The notes under the pieces are model-generated. The model saw nothing but the letters and a program-made list of their open reading frames with translations, was not told the origin of the DNA and did not search any database. From positions 1 through 25,711 of the forward strand of contig CAXHAT010000115.1 of the NCBI GenBank assembly GCA_964014485.1: 25,711 nt of DNA, in the 5' to 3' direction. Both the position numbers and the translations under genes were made by a program. This stretch comes from an uncultured Deferribacteres bacterium (GTDB lineage: Bacteria; Zhuqueibacterota; Zhuqueibacteria; Zhuqueibacterales; Geothermadaptataceae). The stretch's first letter is position 1. Each line of letters begins with the position of its first letter. Positions 8,954 to 16,251 of this stretch are shown piece after piece.

Positions 8954-9981
8954 GCATTATGAGCAAGAAGAAGCAAAGAAAAGAAAAAGAACGGCTTTTC
9001 AAATCCGGGCAAATTCAAATGCTCGAACCGATCCCCGGCATGAGAATACGGCAGGGACATGTTCCAAAATTTTGGCAGCCGCTGGATGCGCCCGATTGGG
9101 TTGCTGCGGAAGAAGCCGAGCGTATGCGCCCGGATGATCCCGTCATCGGTTTTCACGTCAAGGGTCAGGCATACGCGATTCCGTGGTGGAACATCAAAAA
9201 TCATCACGTGGCAAATCTGGACTTGGATGGTACGCCGGTTCTCGTCATGCTCTGCGAAGCGTGCAGCAGCTTGGCGGCCTATTATCCCGTCAGCGGCGAA
9301 AAACGATTCAGGTTTCGTGTGACCGGGGCCTGGAATGGGACATTTACCATACGCGACGAAGAAGAAGAGACGAGTTACTGGTCTCCCGTTTTCGGTAAAG
9401 CAGTCCATGGCCCGCTCACAGGAACGACCTTTGAGCGCTTCCCGGTTTTTCTTTCTATTTGGAAAGAGTGGGCTGAATTATACCCGGAAACACGCGTGCC
9501 CTACGGCAAGGGCGAGTTAAAAACCGGCCATGGCAGTGAATTTTTTCCTGGCTCTCCGAGCAACGAACGCGGCATTAGCGACACGCTGCCCGTGCATGAC
9601 GAACGTTTGCCCGCAAATGATTTGGTGTTAGGCGTTCGAGTGAGTGACGTGACAAAGGCGTACCCGCTCAAAAGTCTCCCGCAAGATCGTAAGGTTATCA
9701 ATGAAAGTATAGGCGACGATGAAATAGCGGTTTTTTATCGTCCGGGAAGCTGGATGGCCACGGCGCGTTTTCGCAAAATTGGCGACAGGACGCTAAATTT
9801 TGAAACGCGTGATAAACAGATTATTGACGTTGAAACCGGCAGCGCATGGAACTTTCTCGGAGAGTGCATTGAAGGCGAATTCAAGGGCGAGCAACTGCCG
9901 TTTGTATGGTCGATGATGATGGAATGGCATCTCTGGCCGGCGCATTTCCCGGAAACGTTGATTTATGGAATAGACGGTTAG
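8950..9981 (+). CDS. DUF3179 domain protein with CxxC motif (tandem paralog)
   Basis: Same motifs (EPIPGM.IRQGH, IKNHHVANL, LCEACSS). GTGA overlap with the upstream stop; alternative ATG at 8959. Confidence 0.8.
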   Translation: MSIMSKKKQRKEKERLFKSGQIQMLEPIPGMRIRQGHVPKFWQPLDAPDWVAAEEAERMRPDDPVIGFHVKGQAYAIPWWNIKNHHVANLDLDGTPVLVMLCEACSSLAAYYPVSGEKRFRFRVTGAWNGTFTIRDEEEETSYWSPVFGKAVHGPLTGTTFERFPVFLSIWKEWAELYPETRVPYGKGELKTGHGSEFFPGSPSNERGISDTLPVHDERLPANDLVLGVRVSDVTKAYPLKSLPQDRKVINESIGDDEIAVFYRPGSWMATARFRKIGDRTLNFETRDKQIIDVETGSAWNFLGECIEGEFKGEQLPFVWSMMMEWHLWPAHFPETLIYGIDG

Positions 9982-10037
9982 GCTGCGTAATTTCTCGCGG
10001 AGTACGATGATTCATCGTCGCACTCAAGGCTGTTTAC

Positions 10038-10204
10038 CCGATGTTACGCACTCTTGGAAATTTCTCAAGCAGCACCAGACAAATGTCGCTTTTACGTCAT
10101 TCTCGCGCAGGCGGGAATCCAGTCAATCGCGCACAGCCCCTGGATTCCCGCCTGCGCGGCAATGACTCTAACAGGAGTTTCTTTGGCTTCATAGCTGAAG
10201 CGTT
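10038..10204. mobile_element. Composite non-autonomous element, copy A (left TIR present, right TIR degenerate), containing a dRS3-like REP doublet at 10096-10166
   Basis: Closely similar to 14972-15298 apart from that copy's insertion. Core GTCATTCTCGCGCAGGCGGGAATCC ... GGATTCCCGCCTGCGCGGCAATGAC. Confidence 0.8.
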
Positions 10205-10283
10205 TGACTCCGGCGTTTTCGGATGGGTCTTTGACCTGATCGTCTAACAGTCTGTCGCCTAAACCCTTGATTAAGGAGAAATT

Positions 10284-11429
10284 ATGGATTTCAGTTTTAC
10301 TGAAGAGCAAATCGCGCTTAAAAAAGAGCTCACAAATTTTGCAAAAAACGAGCTCAATGAAAACATGTTGGAGCGTGATAAGGCGGGCGAATTTTCTCGC
10401 GAGAATTGGAAAAAATGCGCCGAAATTGGCGTTTTGGGCCTGCCGTTCCCAGAGAAATTCGGCGGCAGCGACGCGGATATTATCACGACGGCGATGGCGA
10501 TGGAAGGCTTGGGCTATGGCTGTCGTGACAACGGTTTGCTTTTTGGCATTAACGCACAAATGTGGGCGGTGCAAACGCCCATTCTCGAATTTGGCGCGCC
10601 GGAACAGCAAGACAAATACCTGGCGGCGCTGATTCGCGGCGATATAATCGGCGCGCACGGCATGTCCGAGCCTGACTCCGGTTCTGACGCTTTCAACATG
10701 AACACGACCGCTGAAAAAAAAGGCGACAAATACGTTCTTAACGGCTCAAAGACTTTCGTTTCCAACGGCCCTTCCGCAGACGTTTTTGTGGTTTTCGCCA
10801 CACTCGACAAATCGAAGGGCTTCATGGGCGTGACGGCGTTTTTGGTCGACCGTGACACGCCGGGAATGCGCGTTGGGCCAAACATGAGCAAAATGGGCTT
10901 GAAAACTTCGACGATTTCCGAACTGTTTTTTGATGATTGCGAAATTCCCGCGAGCTGTCTGCTTGGCGGCGAGGGCAAGGGCGCGAACGTGTTCAATGCT
11001 TCGATGGAATGGGAACGCGCTTCAATTTTGGCGAACTACGTCGGAGCGATGGAATTTCAGATCGAACGCTGCGTAAAGTACGCTCGCGAACGCAAGCAGT
11101 TCGGTAAGCCGATTTCGAAATTTCAAACGATTTCGAATCGCATCGTAGACATGAGATTGCGCCTGGAAACCGCGCGCTTGTTGCTCTACAAAGTTGCGTG
11201 GACGAAAAAAGAGTTCGGCAAATGTCCAATGGAAGCGGCGCTTGCAAAGCTTTATCTGAGTGAATCATTTGTCGAATCGAGTCTTGACGCAGTGCGCGTT
11301 TTTGGCGGTTATGGATTTATGAGCGAGTATGAGCTTGAGCGCGATCTGCGCGACTCGGTCGGTTCGATTCTCTACTCAGGGACTTCGGACATTCAACGCA
11401 ACATCGTCGCGCGACATATGAGACTTTAG
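10284..11429 (+). CDS. Acyl-CoA dehydrogenase family, probable L-prolyl-[carrier protein] dehydrogenase (PltE/RedW/Bmp3-like)
   Basis: MSEPDSGSD, NGSKTFVSNG, RKQFGKPI, FGGYG, YSGTSDIQR motifs. Lies directly before the adenylation, carrier and halogenase genes. Confidence 0.9.
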   Translation: MDFSFTEEQIALKKELTNFAKNELNENMLERDKAGEFSRENWKKCAEIGVLGLPFPEKFGGSDADIITTAMAMEGLGYGCRDNGLLFGINAQMWAVQTPILEFGAPEQQDKYLAALIRGDIIGAHGMSEPDSGSDAFNMNTTAEKKGDKYVLNGSKTFVSNGPSADVFVVFATLDKSKGFMGVTAFLVDRDTPGMRVGPNMSKMGLKTSTISELFFDDCEIPASCLLGGEGKGANVFNASMEWERASILANYVGAMEFQIERCVKYARERKQFGKPISKFQTISNRIVDMRLRLETARLLLYKVAWTKKEFGKCPMEAALAKLYLSESFVESSLDAVRVFGGYGFMSEYELERDLRDSVGSILYSGTSDIQRNIVARHMRL

Positions 11430-11436
11430 TCTGGGA

Positions 11437-11492
11437 GCAGTAAGCAGTAAGCAGTAAGCAGTAAGCAGTAAACGGTAAGCTGTAAACTGTGG
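11437..11492 (+). repeat. Heptamer tandem array (GCAGTAA)x5 plus 3 degenerate units (left arm)
   Basis: Read directly. Starts 7 bp after the TAG stop. Confidence 0.95.
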
Positions 11493-11508
11493 ACAGAATT
11501 TATTAGAT

Positions 11509-11564
11509 CAGCTCACAGCTCACAGCTCACAGCTCACAGCTCACAGCTCACAGCTCACAGCTCA
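11509..11564 (+). repeat. Heptamer tandem array (CAGCTCA)x8 (right arm)
   Basis: Read directly. Reverse-complement unit GCTGTGA matches GCAGTAA at 5/7 positions. Confidence 0.95.
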
Positions 11565-11701
11565 CCGATTGTAAAATCTCTGTCACACGCCTCGCCAGAC
11601 CTTGAGAACTGGCGGGTATGATCCTATGTTTGAAAAACGCGGTCAAGCTTTTTTCTCGAATAAACAGCACGGGAAGATAGAACAGCAACCATGGAGAAAG
11701 A

Positions 11702-13285
11702 ATGACCTGGCTTTTATCGCAACTGCTCTCGGACGGCGCCAAGAAATATCCGGGAAACGACGCCGTTGTTTTCAACGACGAAAAGATCACCTATGCTGAA
11801 TTGGACGCCTTGACCAATCGTATGGCGCGCGCGCTCAAAGAAGCGGGCGTACGTCGCGGCGATCGTGTCGGCGTTTACATCAACAAATCCATCTCCTCCG
11901 TTGCGAGCATTTACGCCATTCTCAAAGCGGACGCGGCGTATGTCCCGCTCGATCCCTGGGTGCCCGTCAATCGTCTCGCATTCATTATCAAAAATTGCGG
12001 CATTTGCTGCTTGTTGAGCGCTTCGAATAAACTCGACGGCGTCGCTCAAATGATCGGCGGCGAGAGTCCGGTGGAAAATGTCATTCTAACCGACGCACCG
12101 GCGACGGACCAGCGTCCTGAAGGCGCAAATTTTGTTGAGTGGAGCGACGTTCTGCAACAAAGCGACAGCGCGGTCAAGCAACAAAATATTGAAACCGACC
12201 TGGCGTATATTCTTTACACTTCAGGCTCCACCGGTGATCCGAAAGGGGTAATGATTACGCACCTGAACGCGCTTACGTTTGTCAATTGGGCGTACGAAAC
12301 GATTAAGCTGCATTCGGGCGACCGCACCACGAGCCATGCGCCGTTTCATTTTGATCTCTCCATTTTCGATCTCTACGCAACGGCCAAAGCCGGCGCGACG
12401 CTTTGTCTTGTGCCGACTGAGACTGCAAAATTCCCGGTCAAGCTGGCGCAATTTATTCAAGAGCAAAAAGTTACCGTCTGGTATTCCGTGCCCTCCGCCT
12501 GGGTGCTCATGCTCACACGCGGGAAAACCAACGAGATCGATTTTTCCGCTTTGCGAACGATCATTTTCGCGGGCGAAGTTTTTCCGATTAAATACTTGCG
12601 CAAATTAACCGAAACCGTGCCGCATGCTGAATTTTACAATTGGTACGGCCCAACCGAAACGAACGTCATCACTTCCTACAAGGTGGAAGCTCTGGCTCCC
12701 GAAAGGCGCGAACCGATTCCAATCGGCAAAGCCTGTGCAAATATGGACGTCTTCGCACTTGATGAACACGGCGGGATCGTGACTGAACCGGGGCAAGTCG
12801 GCGAGCTTTACGGGCGCGGTTCAACCGTAGCGCAAGGCTATTGGAACGACCCGGAAAAAACGCAACGCCTTTTCGCTCCAAACCCAATTTTGCCTCACTA
12901 CCACGACCGCACTTATCGCACCGGCGATTTGGTCAAACTCGATGAAAACGGGGACTACCACTACATCGGTCGACGCGATCATCAGGTGAAAGTGCAAGGG
13001 TATCGCATCGAACTCGGGGAGATAGAAACGGCGATTTTGAATTTGCCGGAAGTGGAAGAAGCGGCGGTCATACCGTTGCAAAACCAGGAGCAGCAAACCT
13101 ACTTGAAAGCTTTTGTCGTTCTGCGGAACGGCAATGAAATGAAACCGAATCAGCTAAGACGGCATTGCTCCCGGTGCGTGCCGAAATACATGGTTCCCGA
13201 AACAGTTGAATTTCGTGAGTCTTTGCCTAAAACGTCCACCGGCAAGACGGATCGGAAACAGTTGGCCGGCGAACTACAGCGATGA
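11702..13285 (+). CDS. Stand-alone amino acid adenylation enzyme, probable L-proline--[carrier protein] ligase (PltF/RedM-like)
   Basis: A-domain cores YTSGSTGDPKG, FDLS, NWYGPTE, YRTGDL, GRRDHQVKVQGYRIELGEIE, PKTSTGK. No C or T domain. Confidence 0.9.
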   Translation: MTWLLSQLLSDGAKKYPGNDAVVFNDEKITYAELDALTNRMARALKEAGVRRGDRVGVYINKSISSVASIYAILKADAAYVPLDPWVPVNRLAFIIKNCGICCLLSASNKLDGVAQMIGGESPVENVILTDAPATDQRPEGANFVEWSDVLQQSDSAVKQQNIETDLAYILYTSGSTGDPKGVMITHLNALTFVNWAYETIKLHSGDRTTSHAPFHFDLSIFDLYATAKAGATLCLVPTETAKFPVKLAQFIQEQKVTVWYSVPSAWVLMLTRGKTNEIDFSALRTIIFAGEVFPIKYLRKLTETVPHAEFYNWYGPTETNVITSYKVEALAPERREPIPIGKACANMDVFALDEHGGIVTEPGQVGELYGRGSTVAQGYWNDPEKTQRLFAPNPILPHYHDRTYRTGDLVKLDENGDYHYIGRRDHQVKVQGYRIELGEIETAILNLPEVEEAAVIPLQNQEQQTYLKAFVVLRNGNEMKPNQLRRHCSRCVPKYMVPETVEFRESLPKTSTGKTDRKQLAGELQR

Positions 13286-13360
13286 CCAGAAGAGTGAAAA
13301 CCGAGAATCAATAATTAGCATCAAGAGAGCAATCACTTCAAGCACCCAGGAGTAAGCACC

Positions 13361-13621
13361 ATGACGACGCAAGAACAATTGAAAGAGTATGTTTTGTCAG
13401 AGTTTATGTTTGATCAAAACCCGGAAGCGCTGACCGCCGATTATGATTTGTTGAATAACGGCGTGATCGATTCAATGGGCATTCTCGACCTGGTCAGTTT
13501 TATGGAAGAGAAGTTCGGCGTGCAGGTCGGCGATGATGAAATCACCCCCGATAATTTCCGTAATCTCGACACGCTGGTGAAAATGATTGAAACAAAAAGC
13601 GGCGCCGTTCAAGCTGCTTAA
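13361..13621 (+). CDS. Acyl/peptidyl carrier protein
   Basis: 86 aa, acidic, GVIDSMG phosphopantetheine-attachment Ser motif. RBS AGGAG. Confidence 0.93.
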   Translation: MTTQEQLKEYVLSEFMFDQNPEALTADYDLLNNGVIDSMGILDLVSFMEEKFGVQVGDDEITPDNFRNLDTLVKMIETKSGAVQAA

Positions 13622-13669
13622 CACGATTCTGCAACTGATGGCGAAAAATATAACTGACGGAGAGAGTCA

Positions 13670-14971
13670 ATGAACATTCCTGAATCCTGCGACGTCGTCG
13701 TTATTGGTGGGGGCCCCGGGGGAAGCACGGCGAGTACGCTGCTCGCTCAAAAAGGATACGACGTCGTACTGTTAGAGCGCGCGAAACACCCGCGTTACAC
13801 TGTTGGCGAAAGCTTGATCCCGCACTTCTGGAAGTATGCCGAACTCATCGGCGTGGATAAGAAAATCGATGAAGAAAATTTTGTTCAAAAGGCCGGCGGC
13901 ACGGTTGTTTGGGACGGCGTGATTCGGCAAATGCAATTCAAGAGCTTCGGCTATGGCAAGCCGGCGCTGCATGTTGAGCGAGACAGTTTTGATCATATTC
14001 TGCTTGAGCACGCCAAAGAACAAGGCGTGAAGGTTTTTGAAGAAGTGACCGTGACCAAGGTTGACCCTGAAGACCACAATTCAAAAGCGACTTATCGCGT
14101 CAACGGCGAAAAGGAATCGCGCGAAATTGCCTGTAAATTTATTATCGATTGCTCGGGCCAAAAAGCGCTGATCGCTCGCCAATTCGGCATGCGCAACATT
14201 GACGACGGCTTCAAATTCATGAGCATTTGGGGGTACTACGACGATTCCAAGTATATCGCCGCCGACGCCAAGGCTTACCCTTTCGAAATGCTGCGCAAAA
14301 TCCCGCCGACGACATTTGTGACCAACATCGATGAATGGGGCTGGGTGTGGCACATTCCGCAGCGTGAGAGCACCAGCGTCGGCCTGATTTTGCCGCAGGA
14401 CATGATGAAGGAAATCAAGTCGTCCGACGAATTGCTCGAAGAGTATTTCAAAAGACGGTGCATGGAAATCCCGCATTTGGACAAGCTGTTGGAGAACGCA
14501 ACCTACAAGGAAGGTCATTTCCACGTGATCCGCAACTATTCCTACAGCCCTGAAAAACTGACCGATTCCGGTTACTTCATCTGCGGCGACGCGGCGGCTT
14601 TCATCGACCCGATTTTTTCCATCGGCGTTGTGCTGGCCATGTATTCCGCCAACGTCGCGACCTGGGCGATTGATCGTTCGATGAAAAATCCGGCGTCGAC
14701 GGAGCGGAACCGGGCCATATTTGCCAAACAGTACAAAGCGCGCTACGAAGCCAGTCGAGCTTTGGCGCTGCCGCGTTACGGCTATGGCGGTGAAAACGGC
14801 GAATTGGTCAAGACTTCGATCAATTTTGAGACGCTGCTCGAGCAAGAGTTGATGCACGTCGTTTCTTCCATGACAACGCGTTCGGAGAATTTCAGCGAAA
14901 TGTCGAGGAACGTTGAGAAGCCTGTGATGGAATCTGACAAGTATCACGTCGTCGAAGAAATCGTTTTCTGA
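13670..14971 (+). CDS. Flavin-dependent halogenase (PltA/Bmp2-type, likely acting on a carrier-bound substrate)
   Basis: GGGPGG FAD motif, PRYTVGES, Lys in FVQKAGG, WVWHIP (WxWxIP), GDAAAFIDPIFSIG. Confidence 0.85.
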   Translation: MNIPESCDVVVIGGGPGGSTASTLLAQKGYDVVLLERAKHPRYTVGESLIPHFWKYAELIGVDKKIDEENFVQKAGGTVVWDGVIRQMQFKSFGYGKPALHVERDSFDHILLEHAKEQGVKVFEEVTVTKVDPEDHNSKATYRVNGEKESREIACKFIIDCSGQKALIARQFGMRNIDDGFKFMSIWGYYDDSKYIAADAKAYPFEMLRKIPPTTFVTNIDEWGWVWHIPQRESTSVGLILPQDMMKEIKSSDELLEEYFKRRCMEIPHLDKLLENATYKEGHFHVIRNYSYSPEKLTDSGYFICGDAAAFIDPIFSIGVVLAMYSANVATWAIDRSMKNPASTERNRAIFAKQYKARYEASRALALPRYGYGGENGELVKTSINFETLLEQELMHVVSSMTTRSENFSEMSRNVEKPVMESDKYHVVEEIVF

Positions 14972-15298
14972 CTGATGTTACGCACTCTTGGAAATTTCTC
15001 AAGCAGCATCAGAGAAACGTCGCTTTTACGTCATTCCCGCGGAACAGGCTGTTGCAGAATAGAAAATTTCTCAATCGCGGCCTTAATTTGTGAAGCGAAT
15101 GAGCGATATAGTTGCACGTGGGAAGCTCGCTGTAGCTTTGTCGCGAATTTTATTAGGCATGATCTTATGGAAAATCTATTCTGCAACAGCCTGGGAAGCG
15201 GGAATCCAGGGGCTGTGCGCGATTGACTGGATTCCCGCCTCCGCGGGAATGACTTTAGCAGGAGTTTCTTTGACTTCATAGCTGGCGCGTAACATCAG
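14972..15298. mobile_element. Composite non-autonomous element, copy B (MITE-like, 12-13 bp TIRs), containing a dRS3-like REP doublet and a nested MITE
   Basis: TIRs CTGATGTTACGC (14972-14983) and GCGTAACATCAG (15287-15298). Flanked by TTTCTGA and TTTCTAA. Homologous to 10038-10204. Confidence 0.85.
15045..15193. mobile_element. 149-bp MITE with perfect 19-bp TIRs and a 4-bp GGAA target-site duplication
   Basis: CAGGCTGTTGCAGAATAGA (15045-15063) and TCTATTCTGCAACAGCCTG (15175-15193). GGAA at 15041-15044 and 15194-15197. Absent from copy A. Confidence 0.92.
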
Positions 15299-15330
15299 TT
15301 TCTAATAAACAAAAGCACGACGGAAGTATT

Positions 15331-16242
15331 ATGCAAGCCCCCTATCCTGAAAGTTCGGGTGAAATTTCAAAATCGGACCTTCACTATCTTGCAAAAAAAC
15401 GACGGCGGTGGGAACGCGAATTTTCGCACACCAAGAGCAAACAATTGCGTTGGCACACTGGGGACGTGCCGGAAACGCTGCAGTCGTTTTTTGAAAAATA
15501 CGATCCGCCGAAAGGATTGGCTGTAGATTTGGGCTGCGGCATAAGTCCTTCGACAGCGTTTATTGCTGAGAAAGGGTTTATGCCCGCGGTTGGTCTTGAC
15601 ATCGCTTTGTCGGCTGTTGTTAAGGCGCAAAAAATGAGCGGCGAACTTTCTGTAACGCCGGATTACGTCGTTGCGGCCGCGCCTTTCCTGCCTTTTAAAA
15701 GCGAGCAGGCCGGATTCCTTTATGATCGCGGCTGTATGCACGCTCTGCCCTCGACGCTTTGGCAGCCTTATCTAAGCGCAGTTTCGAGAATACTAAAGCC
15801 CGGCGGCTATTTTCAATTATGGACCAAAGCGCTGCCTGGCTTGAATTTGGAAAAAACGCCGATTTCGAACCTGGAAATCATGGATTTTGAAGCTTTCGAT
15901 TTTGATTTGAAGGACGGCAGACAGCGCCAAATCCATCACGTGATTTACAGGAAAAAATTATCCGCTGCGACGGAAGTCGCCGGGGAATCAGCGCCAGCGG
16001 AACGAGTTTTTATCGAAGCTTTGGCGCACCCCAAGACGGGGGAGCCTTTGGAATTGGCCGATGATCACTTTCTCGAAAGCGTCAATCGCGACATTGAAAC
16101 CGGCAAATTGCAAAATGCAGCCGGAAACCTGCTGAAACAACCTTTGACGGCCGCGTTAATCACGCAATCGAAAGGCGCCCTTTTTCCTGTCAAGCACGGC
16201 GCTCCCATTTTGTTGATCGATGAAGAAATAACGATTGAATAG
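15331..16242 (+). CDS. Class I SAM-dependent methyltransferase (TPMT/TehB-like) fused to a C-terminal Trm112-like domain
   Basis: VDLGCG motif I, GLDIA, YDRGCMHAL, LKPGG. C-terminus ALAHPKTGEPLELAD...FPVKHGAPILLIDE resembles Trm112/YcaR. Confidence 0.8.
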   Translation: MQAPYPESSGEISKSDLHYLAKKRRRWEREFSHTKSKQLRWHTGDVPETLQSFFEKYDPPKGLAVDLGCGISPSTAFIAEKGFMPAVGLDIALSAVVKAQKMSGELSVTPDYVVAAAPFLPFKSEQAGFLYDRGCMHALPSTLWQPYLSAVSRILKPGGYFQLWTKALPGLNLEKTPISNLEIMDFEAFDFDLKDGRQRQIHHVIYRKKLSAATEVAGESAPAERVFIEALAHPKTGEPLELADDHFLESVNRDIETGKLQNAAGNLLKQPLTAALITQSKGALFPVKHGAPILLIDEEITIE

Positions 16243-16251
16243 AGCGAACAT

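Noticed and set aside
7904..9981. Selenocysteine read-through in DUF3179 genes
   Set aside because: Both CxxC motifs use TGC codons, there is no in-frame TGA, and the two genes are in different frames.
10041..10247. Small ORFs 10041-10247 and 14975-15226 share MLRTLGNFSSS(T/I)R, which resembles a lasso-peptide leader (LxxxGxxxxxT), near AsnB-like genes
   Set aside because: The shared sequence is the translated left end of the repeat element. There is no RBS, no sensible core peptide, Thr is absent in the second copy, and no lasso peptidase or RRE gene is in the window.
11437..11564. Repeat arrays as CRISPR
   Set aside because: They are 7-bp units with no spacers, and no cas genes are present.
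11702..13621. dltA/dltC teichoic acid D-alanylation
   Set aside because: No DltB/MBOAT or DltD, the host has outer-membrane proteins, and the dehydrogenase-halogenase context fits a pyrrole module better.
14081..14947. 288-aa minus-strand ORF
   Set aside because: Antisense shadow of the halogenase with no independent support.
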